Sequence record: OM718002.1
DNA length: 64,000 nt
Reading direction: 5' to 3' (one strand)
This document shows positions 46,085-55,752 of this stretch, piece by piece. Each line of letters starts with the position of its first letter. Position 1 is the stretch's first letter. The translations under genes were made by a program, and so were the position numbers. The notes under the pieces were generated by a model. That model did no database searches, was not told the origin of the DNA, and was given only the letters and a program-made list of their open reading frames with translations.

Positions 46085-46417
46085 TTAAACGAATAATAAC
46101 TCCAGTACTAATACTGGAAATTTATGCCGATATTGTGGATGTACATACGTATGAAATTTATGTGTGCCTAAATGGAATTCAACGTACAGTACAATAAAAT
46201 CTTTAGCTACATTTCGATCATGTACGTAAATAGTGAGTATTTCACCATCATCATCTTTCTTACGTCCATAATCAAAATAGTAATTTTTGTTATCAGCTAT
46301 CCCTTCAGCATTTAATTGAATGCCCCTTACATCAACAACATTTAAACTAGAATCTTCATTAAATAAAGATCTAGTGCTACCATGGTAAACCATTAATGGA
46401 TCTAATTGAATCTGCAT
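46085..46417 (-). CDS. Hypothetical protein
   Basis: GAGGA SD. Confidence 0.7.
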   Translation of the reverse strand: MQIQLDPLMVYHGSTRSLFNEDSSLNVVDVRGIQLNAEGIADNKNYYFDYGRKKDDDGEILTIYVHDRNVAKDFIVLYVEFHLGTHKFHTYVHPQYRHKFPVLVLELLFV

Positions 46418-46485
46418 GTGTTAGTCCTCTACTATGTAGTGAGGCACATGCCTCACTTATATTGTTTTAATTTTCATATTAATGA

Positions 46486-46833
46486 TCAATTAAAGTTAAC
46501 AGTGCTATAAGCTTTGCCTAAAGCTGTAAATAGTTCTTCATTAAGTTCATCAAATTCTAACCAACCATTCATTTCACCTAAGATAGTTTTAACAATCGTA
46601 AGATTAACAATCTCAGAGCTAGGAATGATATCTCGAATTCGCTCATGGAAATTAACTACTTGTTGAATACTTACTTTAGTATCATTGACTGAGATATCAT
46701 CATCAGTTAACTTATTAATAGCCATCATCGCTATACGTGAGAATAGATCAGTATGTTCTTCCTTAACAATTTCCCATGCTGCATTAAAGGAGTCAAGAAC
46801 ATCTAGATCATCAGAATTTAGTTGCTTTTGCAT
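46486..46833 (-). CDS. Hypothetical protein
   Basis: GAGG SD. Confidence 0.7.
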   Translation of the reverse strand: MQKQLNSDDLDVLDSFNAAWEIVKEEHTDLFSRIAMMAINKLTDDDISVNDTKVSIQQVVNFHERIRDIIPSSEIVNLTIVKTILGEMNGWLEFDELNEELFTALGKAYSTVNFN

Positions 46834-46935
46834 TTTAACCTCTTAAACATTATAACACATATACCCCACAACATAAGTCATGGAGTATATGCCTCGAAAG
46901 GTACGTAATAGAAATACTACTACATAGTATTGTAT

Positions 46936-47406
46936 TTACTCATTAATAACAGATACTTTGTTATTCTCAGCTTTACTTTTAGCCGATAGCGCTAAATAGA
47001 GACAACTATACCAAGTGAAGTAGTCTCTTGGGAAATAGCCCTTTAAAAAAGTAGCCATATTTTTAGCACACGCTTTATTAATATTCTTATTAATGATTTT
47101 CCTCTCATTCATTATTTTACAAGCTAACAATGAATAATGTAGTTGATTATTAGTACTTAGGTCTTCAAGGAATAGTTCTTTCACTGCTTGTGGCTTAGAA
47201 CTTAGACACATTATAATTTCTTGAACAATATAGTCATTCGTCACTGAATGAATAAGTTCAAGATAGAGTGAAAGATTAATCGAATACAGATCTTGTTTAT
47301 TATTGAAAATGTATCCATTTCTATCTAATGTAACTAATTTCTTATATGTGGGTGACATCTTTTCATTAACTATTTTATAAAAAAGACTAATCACTAATTT
47401 AATCAT
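46936..47406 (-). CDS. Hypothetical protein
   Basis: ATGA overlap. Confidence 0.65.
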   Translation of the reverse strand: MIKLVISLFYKIVNEKMSPTYKKLVTLDRNGYIFNNKQDLYSINLSLYLELIHSVTNDYIVQEIIMCLSSKPQAVKELFLEDLSTNNQLHYSLLACKIMNERKIINKNINKACAKNMATFLKGYFPRDYFTWYSCLYLALSAKSKAENNKVSVINE

Positions 47407-48536
47407 TTTAATAAACTTCCATCTACTCTATAAAAACCATGGACATCACGTTTACCATTTAGACTAGGTATCTCATATGGATCAGTTGATGGATTTATCA
47501 GTTTGATTTTGCATTTATCTAAACGATCACGCAAGCTGATATTACCAGATAATGTTAAACCACGATACTGAATATCGACATTATCTAAATCAACAATGAG
47601 CGTACTAAGCTCCCCATTTGTTAAGTATGGTACCACAACCGAGTCAATTACTTTTGCAATTGTTTTAGCTTCAATATGTATCCAGTTTCCAATATGATTA
47701 ACAATCTCTGGAAACTTATCTAGATCTAATATGATACTATAGTCACACCTAATTTTGATAATTCCATTACTTGACCAATAATGCATTGCACTATTTATAC
47801 CACCTAAATGATTCTCCATAGGTGTGAACTTTAGCCGTCCATTGAAATCTATAAGCACTTTTGAGTTATTACATGTATCAACTATTCTTGACTGATACAT
47901 AAACATATTAAGTAGTTTTCTATTGATGGCCACAGTTGTACCATTAGTTAGTTCAACTACGACGATATCACCATCTGCTTCATAAGACTCTACAATTAGA
48001 GTTATTGGGTTACTATCAAATTTGGAATTATCAGATAACCCATCCATCACAATCTTGTAATTACTATTAACTGATTTAACTTGATCTATTAAAGATGGAT
48101 CAATGAAATCCTTAGTGAGTGATTTTGATGTGAAAATTACAGCCACATTTAGATCACTATTGATTGGTGTATTTAAAGGTAAGTATTGTTCATTAGAAAA
48201 ATAGAATAATTTAAGATCTTCTATATCAGTTAGATTAATAATATCTAATGAATTATTAGTTACTTTATACATGAATGAATCAAAATTTTGTTCAACAAAA
48301 TAAATCATCCATGTCTTAGTTTCTTTGGTATAATAACCCCATGCTAAACTTCGATCATGTAATTTACCAGATAGCATTCCTGTGAAGTAACCTGACAAAA
48401 TATCAATTTTATCAACATTTACATTTTCTCTGATGTATTTATCATTTAGATTAGCTATCTTTTGTTCTAATGTATCTACCTTTTTTGGTTTGTTAAAAAT
48501 ATCAATAACATTTTTTAAGTACTTAAACATAATCAT
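47403..48536 (-). CDS. Hypothetical protein
   Basis: 377-aa ORF. Confidence 0.75.
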   Translation of the reverse strand: MIMFKYLKNVIDIFNKPKKVDTLEQKIANLNDKYIRENVNVDKIDILSGYFTGMLSGKLHDRSLAWGYYTKETKTWMIYFVEQNFDSFMYKVTNNSLDIINLTDIEDLKLFYFSNEQYLPLNTPINSDLNVAVIFTSKSLTKDFIDPSLIDQVKSVNSNYKIVMDGLSDNSKFDSNPITLIVESYEADGDIVVVELTNGTTVAINRKLLNMFMYQSRIVDTCNNSKVLIDFNGRLKFTPMENHLGGINSAMHYWSSNGIIKIRCDYSIILDLDKFPEIVNHIGNWIHIEAKTIAKVIDSVVVPYLTNGELSTLIVDLDNVDIQYRGLTLSGNISLRDRLDKCKIKLINPSTDPYEIPSLNGKRDVHGFYRVDGSLLK

Positions 48537-48567
48537 AAATTACCTTTTGAGTATAAACACGGAATAA

Positions 48568-48587
48568 AAGCGGTGTACACACCGCTT
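48568..48587 (-). terminator. Intrinsic terminator
   Basis: aagcggtg-taca-caccgctt. Confidence 0.7.
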
Positions 48588-48885
48588 ATTGTTCAAATTT
48601 GATTTTGATATATCCACCACCAACATTAGGCTGCTTAGGTCTTAGCCATCCTAGATTAAGATCCATATTCAAAACAAACGTATATGCTGTTACTCCATTT
48701 TCATCATCAACACTAATGGAGTGCCATCCATCATGATTTTGATCTTTAAGAGAATGGATTTTGGGATATAGTTGATTATGATTCAAATCAAATACTGTAA
48801 CATCTCCAATTGATCTAATTGGATAACCGCGAGATCCTAAATGATGGGCTCCTCTGCGGTCCAGTGAAATAATAGCTTCGTTCAC
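48586..48885 (-). CDS. Hypothetical protein
   Basis: First gene after cassette 48939; GAGGT SD. Confidence 0.7.
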   Translation of the reverse strand: MNEAIISLDRRGAHHLGSRGYPIRSIGDVTVFDLNHNQLYPKIHSLKDQNHDGWHSISVDDENGVTAYTFVLNMDLNLGWLRPKQPNVGGGYIKIKFEQ

Positions 48886-48938
48886 GATAATTACCTCATG
48901 TAGATGTTTCCATTAGTATATGCTAATCTATAATGTAG

Positions 48939-48983
48939 ATCTCAAATAAAATTTAGTGCAATAGCCCTCCCCGAAGGGAGGGC
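48939..48983. repeat. Second copy of the 45-nt terminator-promoter cassette
   Basis: Identical to 34285-34329; adjacent octamer diverged to TACATTAT. Confidence 0.9.
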
Positions 48984-48995
48984 TTTATGACAACA

Positions 48996-49226
48996 TTACC
49001 GCTTACTCATTATCGCAGCTAGTTCAACTTTAAATAATGCTTCTTCGACTTTACGAGAAATAGCATTTATTTGAACACGTTTATTATTTTCACGATCTAA
49101 TGCAATTGTATTTTTTCGTGTACAATAATCGTGTAAACCCAGTTGTCGCCTAACATAGAAAATAACAATTAATTTCAAAACACGAATATATCTCATAACG
49201 CGCTTGAACATTTTATAAATCCTCAA
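48996..49226 (-). CDS. Small basic hypothetical protein
   Basis: ORF tiling the minus-strand run. Confidence 0.55.
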   Translation of the reverse strand: MRIYKMFKRVMRYIRVLKLIVIFYVRRQLGLHDYCTRKNTIALDRENNKRVQINAISRKVEEALFKVELAAIMSKR

Positions 49227-49230
49227 TAAT

Positions 49231-49422
49231 TTAAGGAATTGCTTTTAAAGCTTCTTCGCGTTCAGCTAAAAGCTTATCATATTGTATTTGTAATCGGTTA
49301 ATTTCCGCACGAGTTAATTTTGTCTTAGCATTAGGTTTCAACTTATGGTTAATATCAACGGTAATACCATGGTACCTAAATAGAGCTTCCATTTTGGCTA
49401 TTTTCTTTTCAATATCATCCAT
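49231..49422 (-). CDS. Small hypothetical protein
   Basis: ORF tiling the minus-strand run. Confidence 0.65.
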   Translation of the reverse strand: MDDIEKKIAKMEALFRYHGITVDINHKLKPNAKTKLTRAEINRLQIQYDKLLAEREEALKAIP

Positions 49423-49453
49423 AGCTAAAATCCAAAAAAAATAATAATGACTA

Positions 49454-49473
49454 AGGGGACCAGAAGGTCCCCT
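49454..49473 (-). terminator. Intrinsic terminator
   Basis: aggggacc-agaa-ggtcccct. Confidence 0.75.
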
Positions 49474-49479
49474 ATATCG

Positions 49480-49956
49480 TTAGGCAGTAATAGCGCGGCG
49501 GAAGACTGAATCAAACTCTTCCTGGTATGCTTTAATCAGCTTTGCAGTTTCTTCACAAATGGTATTATTACCATAAAATGCGTCTGCAAAAGATTCTTGC
49601 TTACGTACTTCACAACCAAATAGCTCAAGACCATTTTTCGCTAGCTCAACTTTGAACTTAGCTAATTCGGTCATGCCAATTGGTTTGGCCCGCCCTTCTT
49701 CGATACCATTTTCTTTTAGTTTAATGTTGTCACATACACTGCAATGACGAACATCTTTTTGTTTGTTCTTATGGAAGTTAGGGCTTGCTTTAGTTTGTTT
49801 TGCAGCAATATCCATAAAGGTTTCCCTAGAATTTTTACGAACCGCAGCTTCATGATTTTTCTTAGCTCGATTTTTCTGTTTCTTCTGAACAGGTTTAGGC
49901 TGTACACCCAGCATTGAACCAAGTTCACTCCAGGAAGAAATAGTATTGCGTGACAT
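49480..49956 (-). CDS. Lys-rich protein with CxxC; single-gene unit
   Basis: RHCSVC; GGAG SD; flanked by promoter 49996 and terminator 49454. Confidence 0.75.
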   Translation of the reverse strand: MSRNTISSWSELGSMLGVQPKPVQKKQKNRAKKNHEAAVRKNSRETFMDIAAKQTKASPNFHKNKQKDVRHCSVCDNIKLKENGIEEGRAKPIGMTELAKFKVELAKNGLELFGCEVRKQESFADAFYGNNTICEETAKLIKAYQEEFDSVFRRAITA

Positions 49957-49995
49957 GTATTAGAATCTCCTATATATGTTGATTATATCACATTT

Positions 49996-50003
49996 GTGAT
50001 ATA
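49996..50003 (-). promoter_or_regulatory. Early promoter variant TATATCAC
   Basis: One mismatch; flank ctgtttaaaatgcttt is identical to that of 24852. Confidence 0.7.
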
Positions 50004-50046
50004 CTGTTTAAAATGCTTTGAATGTATAAACCACTATGTTGGTCAA

Positions 50047-50283
50047 TCATAGATAGAATGGTTCATGAATAACAACCCGATAACGAGTGTTATATTGGTT
50101 AATTGGAAACATATGAACAATCTTAAAATGCAGTTCAGCAACCAAATTAAAGAATTCAGCATGCATGTTATCAGTTGAAATATCAAATGAGATTGTATCA
50201 TTAACCACGCAAAGTTCTGAATCAGATGCCTTTGTAATTTCAGTTAACCGACTGACAAACTTTTCTTGGTTAGGACTAAGCAT
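50047..50283 (-). CDS. Hypothetical protein
   Basis: Follows dcd directly. Confidence 0.65.
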   Translation of the reverse strand: MLSPNQEKFVSRLTEITKASDSELCVVNDTISFDISTDNMHAEFFNLVAELHFKIVHMFPINQYNTRYRVVIHEPFYL

Positions 50284-50285
50284 TA

Positions 50286-50855
50286 TTAAAGCCTCGCTGT
50301 TGTGATACCAATTTGATTTTGATATTTACCATTACGTTTTGCATAACTAACTTCACATGGGGCATCCCCTCTAAAAAACATAAACTGGGCAATACCCATA
50401 TCAGCATAAATTTTTAGAGGTAGTGTAGTGCAGTTCGCAATCTCAATAACGACTTGTCCTTTGAAACCTGGTTCAATAGGAGTGACATTAACAATTGCGC
50501 CTAGTCGTGCATAGGTTGACTTACCTGTGCAAATAGCTAGGACATCATCTGGAATATTAAATGATTCTACAGTGTGACCAAGAATATAACTGTTAGGTGG
50601 AATAATACAATAATCACCAGTCCAATCTACTAAGAATCCATCACTAGGGTCTAATGGGTCAATAACTGCACTTGTTACATTAGAAAAGATCTTAAAATTA
50701 CGGGCTAGCCTTACATCGTACCCATATGAACTAAGCCCATAACTAATAATCTTTTTACCATCTTTTTCACGGACCTGGTGACCAATGAAATCCGTAATCA
50801 TTGGTTCACGACCTTTAGATAAGTCAGTGATTGTTTTATCAGATAGAATAGCCAT
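50286..50855 (-). CDS. dcd: dCTP deaminase
   Basis: YGLSSYGYDVRL, GKSTYARLG, TPIEPGFKGQVVIEI, YA...GKYQNQ. Confidence 0.93.
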   Translation of the reverse strand: MAILSDKTITDLSKGREPMITDFIGHQVREKDGKKIISYGLSSYGYDVRLARNFKIFSNVTSAVIDPLDPSDGFLVDWTGDYCIIPPNSYILGHTVESFNIPDDVLAICTGKSTYARLGAIVNVTPIEPGFKGQVVIEIANCTTLPLKIYADMGIAQFMFFRGDAPCEVSYAKRNGKYQNQIGITTARL

Positions 50856-50878
50856 TTTTAACTTTTCCTGTTAAGTAA

Positions 50879-51463
50879 TCATCCCCAGAATCGGGCGATG
50901 AAGTGAACACACTCCATCTTTTTAGTTTCTTCCAGGAACTTGAAATAACCATCATCCACACCATTGCTCAAAAATAGCTGGCGATAGGTTTTTTCCGAAA
51001 TGACTTCACCATTAACATCTTGATCGAACATCGTTGGCTTCTGATCATAATCGAAGTTCCAGAGGTCTTCCATATTGAAGATCATTGTAAGTGGGTACCA
51101 ACCATCTTCACTATAATAGGCGTACGGTGTTAGATTGTCCTGTTTGGAATTGACAATTTGTGAAAGGCGACCTTCAAAGTTGTTCCATACTGGATGCGAG
51201 TCATCACTGACGAGTGTACCAAATCCACAGCCTTTAAGAGTCGGTCGACAGAATCGGTTGGTATACTCATTATTATCGGTTAACCAATCCCAAAGATAAT
51301 AGCAACGGCTAAAGTTAAGAGCCTCGCATGTATGCATGTCAATGAATTTAAGTACACGTGCACCATCTGAAGAACGTGTGGAACGTTTGGTAACTACAGG
51401 GAAAACATCAATACCCATTTTAATCATCCATTTAACAGAATTTTTCTTGACCAGGGATTTCAC
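50879..51463 (-). CDS. Hypothetical protein
   Basis: ORF tiling the run; start uncertain. Confidence 0.65.
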   Translation of the reverse strand: MKSLVKKNSVKWMIKMGIDVFPVVTKRSTRSSDGARVLKFIDMHTCEALNFSRCYYLWDWLTDNNEYTNRFCRPTLKGCGFGTLVSDDSHPVWNNFEGRLSQIVNSKQDNLTPYAYYSEDGWYPLTMIFNMEDLWNFDYDQKPTMFDQDVNGEVISEKTYRQLFLSNGVDDGYFKFLEETKKMECVHFIARFWG

Positions 51464-51776
51464 CGTCCATAACCTCTAGTACCCAACGGCCAGTCATCAA
51501 CTCACGTGCAACATCACATGCCGCCCCGCCAATCTTCTCAGCTACTTTGTCCAGCAGAATTGGATGATAGTTGTGATCACCCATTACTGCGAACTTGCTT
51601 TCCCGTTCTATTTCAGCAAGTAAATCAGTGTCAACCCATTCAACACGCCCATCTGGATAGACAATATTAAGACCATACCACTTACAATAGTTTTCGATGG
51701 TTACAACTGGAATGTCATAAACACCTTTAAAACACAGCGGTAACTTACGATCTGAGTAATGAATACGTTCAGTCAT
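51432..51776 (-). CDS. Hypothetical protein
   Basis: ATGA overlap. Confidence 0.7.
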   Translation of the reverse strand: MTERIHYSDRKLPLCFKGVYDIPVVTIENYCKWYGLNIVYPDGRVEWVDTDLLAEIERESKFAVMGDHNYHPILLDKVAEKIGGAACDVARELMTGRWVLEVMDGEIPGQEKFC

Positions 51777-52192
51777 TTGCCATTCACCAATTCAAAATAA
51801 TTTTTTAGTAGATCTTCAGTTATTGGACGAGTATGTTCTTTAATCGATAATTCCTTACTGTCCATTTCAATTTCATATTCAGAAATTTGAAATTGCTTAT
51901 GTGGCACTGAACCATCTAACATAATGATCACATCTGCTAAGACTTGATCCACTGCACATTGCAACAAATTATTAACTTGTTGATTATCAGTAAGTGAGTA
52001 ATCATTGATGGCTTTATTACGAATGTCATATAGCCTTTTACTTAAAGGAGTATTACGTTCAATATGTTCTGTTCGCCACTCTTCTAAAATCTGTTCTGTA
52101 CTTAGTTTGGATAATGACGATCCGCCAAGTTTCTTCCTAACTTCATTTTCTGAAAATGGTTTATCATGCCAGAATTGATGATCTTGTTTCAT
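51773..52192 (-). CDS. Hypothetical protein
   Basis: AAGGA SD. Confidence 0.7.
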   Translation of the reverse strand: MKQDHQFWHDKPFSENEVRKKLGGSSLSKLSTEQILEEWRTEHIERNTPLSKRLYDIRNKAINDYSLTDNQQVNNLLQCAVDQVLADVIIMLDGSVPHKQFQISEYEIEMDSKELSIKEHTRPITEDLLKNYFELVNGK

Positions 52193-52204
52193 AGTAAATC
52201 CTTT

Positions 52205-52462
52205 TTATAATTTAGAAATAGGTTTTAATACCGTATCTTTTTCATTGAATGGATTATAAACTTTATGCGGATTAATCATCTTTAGTTGCTCATTCTTTCT
52301 TTCTAAATAAGCATCTGATGGTTTAATTGTTTTAGTTTTCCAAAAGTCATCGATTGGTTTTAACTTATCCATTTCTGACTGTTCGTTATCAAAAGGAGTT
52401 TCCCGATTTCTTAGTCGGGTCGAATTGAATAGGAGTCGTAAACTCCCGTCGTAATTCCTCAT
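52205..52462 (-). CDS. Hypothetical protein (true start may be the internal MDKLKP)
   Basis: ORF tiling the run. Confidence 0.5.
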   Translation of the reverse strand: MRNYDGSLRLLFNSTRLRNRETPFDNEQSEMDKLKPIDDFWKTKTIKPSDAYLERKNEQLKMINPHKVYNPFNEKDTVLKPISKL

Positions 52463-52578
52463 CTAAATTCTTCTCTTGAATTAATTTAGGAAAATGTTTT
52501 CTAACTGTTTTAATTGAAGCTATTAAATTGGAATAGGCTTTTTCTATGGACATTTTTATAACTCAAAATACATTATAA

Positions 52579-52602
52579 AGACAGTGGCTAAAACCACTGT
52601 CT
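52579..52602 (-). terminator. Intrinsic terminator
   Basis: agacagtgg-ctaaaa-ccactgtct. Confidence 0.7.
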
Positions 52603-52724
52603 AATTATTTCCCATAATGATCCACCTATAACTGCACTTAGAAAAAGCATTTTGAATATGGGTGGTTCTTCTTGTTCATGTTGCATGTCTGATTTATTAT
52701 TTTCGCTAGCCATTTTCTTTTACT

Positions 52725-53093
52725 CTAATGCCCACCATATTCTCTAATTTTCTCACCATCCCAAAACTCATAACCAGTCATATTGTGATTAAATGGCTTT
52801 ATTTTAGTAAACCCACTACGATAGATCCAGAAATGACCAGTGCCTCTTTTTAAGCGGCACTTATACATTGCTTTTTTCTCATATTCCGTGGGAGGGCTAA
52901 TTTCTAGAACTTCAAGTTCATCACCCCGTATACAGAATAGCGCTGGTGGATGCTCACAGGATGCTTTCATACCGAGAACACCTGTTGACCAAACTGTATC
53001 ACCTGGCTTAATAACAGTGATGTCATTTGATACAGGTATTACAGGAATTGCACACATATTAGATGCTCCAGAGTAATTACCTCCAAAGAGCAA
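52725..53093 (-). CDS. SH3/KOW-like small protein
   Basis: IKPGDTVWSTGVL...FCIRGDELEVL. Confidence 0.55.
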   Translation of the reverse strand: MLFGGNYSGASNMCAIPVIPVSNDITVIKPGDTVWSTGVLGMKASCEHPPALFCIRGDELEVLEISPPTEYEKKAMYKCRLKRGTGHFWIYRSGFTKIKPFNHNMTGYEFWDGEKIREYGGH

Positions 53094-53184
53094 ACACTGA
53101 TATATTCATAGTCTGCTCTTTAGTAATATTTAAGAAGTTGGAATACTCATACTGGAGATAAACTAATGTCCATTTATACTAATC

Positions 53185-53787
53185 TCATTGTGTATAATAA
53201 TTCTTTTTGAGATTATCCATATCGTAAGAATCATGTTTGAACTCAAACTTCTTAGCTATCTCACTCGAAAAAGCTTGTTTACGTTTTTCTTCTTGTTCAC
53301 GGATATCGTAAGGACCATTCTCTTTAACAAGATATTTTTTATACGGCCCAGTTCCTTGGATATATCCATCAGGAATAATGGTTGTGAGATATTTAGCCTC
53401 TACCAACCGGATGCACCGTCCATAACCAACTTCATTGGCATGACGAACTTGGATTAGTTGTCTATTCTTGGCAATACGTTCAGATATGCATGGGAAGTAA
53501 ACCGGATCATCTCCTTTTTTACAGTTACCCATATCAACCTTTGCGTACAGAATTTTTCTATGATTGGCTTCGAAGAAAGCCCGAGCTTCACGAATACGTT
53601 GGGACCGAATAGCTTCCTTAGTTCTGACATTCTTTAGATGTGCAGGTTGTAAAAAAGGATTCATCTTTCGCACGTGACGTTGGATAAGTTTTGTCGTGTA
53701 ATGAGGTGAATCATTAGCCATAGCCAGTAGGCTATTGTACATCTCAATCGACATGATTACTTGCTGCGGGTCATTATTGCGCTGCAT
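53185..53787 (-). CDS. Basic hypothetical protein
   Basis: GGAG SD. Confidence 0.7.
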   Translation of the reverse strand: MQRNNDPQQVIMSIEMYNSLLAMANDSPHYTTKLIQRHVRKMNPFLQPAHLKNVRTKEAIRSQRIREARAFFEANHRKILYAKVDMGNCKKGDDPVYFPCISERIAKNRQLIQVRHANEVGYGRCIRLVEAKYLTTIIPDGYIQGTGPYKKYLVKENGPYDIREQEEKRKQAFSSEIAKKFEFKHDSYDMDNLKKNYYTQ

Positions 53788-53894
53788 GCTGATCTCCGTA
53801 TGTGAAATAATGCTTTACTTTAAGGTCATCAGGATTATAAATAACACGTTGGAATTCATGTTTCTTCGCTAGTTTAAAAGCAGCTTACTTTTCC

Positions 53895-54995
53895 TTAGAA
53901 ACCTACACGACTTGCTTTGCGTGGGCTACTGCAAGAACTAGTATTCAATGCTTCAGCTAAAGTAAGATTATTACCGACAAACTCAACTGGATCTAGACCA
54001 TTAGCTAAACGAGCTGCATTCGCTTGTTCAGCAGTAAGTGTTTTGAAGGTAAGAATATCGAAAGCACGGCCAGGTCGAACTAAAGCTTCATCAACATCAC
54101 GAAGAGTCGGAAGATTAGTAGAAATGATAATCTTGGTCTTAGTAGATACTAGACCAGCTGTAGCATTTAATAGCCCTGACATATTACTATTACCATCTAC
54201 ACGTTTAGCCACCATTTTATCAGAGTCTTCTGTAATAATGAGTGAATTATCCTCAACACCACGAATAAAATTAGTCAAACCGGCGTGGCCAAGTACATCA
54301 TCTTGATCAGCTAGATACACATTACGATCATTATAACCACGAGCCCGAATAATCTCATTGATATAATTAGACTTACCAGTACCAGGAGGACCAATCAATA
54401 GTAGAACATTAGATTCAGATGCAGCGAATTCAGTCCAGATTTCAGCTGGAGATCGATCTAGGAATGGATACATTTCCATCATATTTGGATTGTAGTTACG
54501 AACAGAAATAACTTCACTAAAGCTATATAGTTCATTATTTTGATAGTTAACCCGAATTCTTTTAATACTAGGTGGACGAGTCTGATCAAATACTTCTTCA
54601 AAACGTAATTTAAATACTTTGATCAGTTCTTCATTGGAGTATAATCTAAAGTTCTGACTAGTGGTACCTTCCATTCCATTCATTAGGAAACCAATGATTC
54701 CTTCATCATCTAGTAATGCAAAACCACCACTAATTCTGAATGCTTTCAGATTTAAAGGGCTTATAACTTCATCACATAGTTTGTAAATTTGTTCTTTGAT
54801 GAATTCTTTTCTATCAACTCCAAAAGGATAGTGAATACGTAGATCTTCACTATCTGAACTAATTCCCTGTTCATTAAGAGTATAGCGATATGCATTGGAA
54901 ATTGCACGGCCATTATCAACCTCCATAGCAATGGAGATAAAACGATCAATCCACTTCTGCTGGACTAACGTAAGTTTGCTATTACGATAATTCAT
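53895..54995 (-). CDS. AAA+ ATPase
   Basis: GPPGTGKS, IITEDSD, SGLLN, ALVRPGRAFD. Confidence 0.88.
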   Translation of the reverse strand: MNYRNSKLTLVQQKWIDRFISIAMEVDNGRAISNAYRYTLNEQGISSDSEDLRIHYPFGVDRKEFIKEQIYKLCDEVISPLNLKAFRISGGFALLDDEGIIGFLMNGMEGTTSQNFRLYSNEELIKVFKLRFEEVFDQTRPPSIKRIRVNYQNNELYSFSEVISVRNYNPNMMEMYPFLDRSPAEIWTEFAASESNVLLLIGPPGTGKSNYINEIIRARGYNDRNVYLADQDDVLGHAGLTNFIRGVEDNSLIITEDSDKMVAKRVDGNSNMSGLLNATAGLVSTKTKIIISTNLPTLRDVDEALVRPGRAFDILTFKTLTAEQANAARLANGLDPVEFVGNNLTLAEALNTSSCSSPRKASRVGF

Positions 54996-55038
54996 TTGAT
55001 GTTCCTTTTCTAATTGATAATCTAATTTGAGACGATAT

Positions 55039-55064
55039 AAACCCTCCTACTAAGAGGAGGGTTT
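55039..55064 (-). terminator. Intrinsic terminator
   Basis: aaaccctcct-actaag-aggagggttt. Confidence 0.75.
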
Positions 55065-55098
55065 ATTTTGGCTATTATAACTAATTCATTTGAGAAAA

Positions 55099-55752
55099 TT
55101 AATTATTATATTCATCCATCAATTCAGGTAGACGGCTATCTCTAGGATCTAAGATTTCAGACCAATCAATTGGCATATATGGCTCATCAGATTCATTTTT
55201 ATTTAACCATTCTTCTAGTCTCTTTACATCATCGGACCAGTATAGGTTATACATAGTTGGCACATTTGCATCTAATGCCAACTGCCACGCTGTATTAGTA
55301 CCACCACTAATTACAGAGGTTGGTGTCTTTTGTTCACCGTATGCAATAATAGTTGAAACAGGTTCACGTAAAGTATGGCCATGAATTTGAAATACATTAC
55401 GAGTATGTAGTTCAATACCTGTTCTACCTAAACCATTGAAACTTCCCCGAGCTGCACAGGCCATTGCCATAGCTGTGGGAATGGTATCAGTATATACGGA
55501 GGCATCATGAAACCACGCTAGATTCTCAATTCGTCTTCCAAGAAATCCATTTCGAATAATGTAAATACGACTTTCTACTGTATCCCATTTATCAGACTGA
55601 ATTGCACCATACCAACCAGCTCTATCTGATCCATATGCATCGCCTGATGAAATACCTATACCTAGATCAACAAATGTTCTTCCTGCGCGTATCATCAATT
55701 CTAGGGCCCATGTAGGGGCATAGCGACTACCGACAATAGCTGTCATTGCCAT
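55099..55752 (-). CDS. SLOG-superfamily (DprA/Smf-like Rossmann) protein
   Basis: AIVGSR, ISSGDAYGSDRAG, SGGTNTA.QLA. Confidence 0.7.
   Translation of the reverse strand: MAMTAIVGSRYAPTWALELMIRAGRTFVDLGIGISSGDAYGSDRAGWYGAIQSDKWDTVESRIYIIRNGFLGRRIENLAWFHDASVYTDTIPTAMAMACAARGSFNGLGRTGIELHTRNVFQIHGHTLREPVSTIIAYGEQKTPTSVISGGTNTAWQLALDANVPTMYNLYWSDDVKRLEEWLNKNESDEPYMPIDWSEILDPRDSRLPELMDEYNN

Noticed and set aside
46085-46417. Third ART-like protein (VYHGST)
   Set aside because: Only the first motif is present; no second-strand motif is recognisable.
7698-48983. CRISPR array or anti-CRISPR RNA from the repeated palindromes
   Set aside because: The repeats are dispersed kilobases apart at gene ends, have UUCG loops and T-tracts, show no regular spacers, and do not resemble the Pseudomonas I-F repeat.
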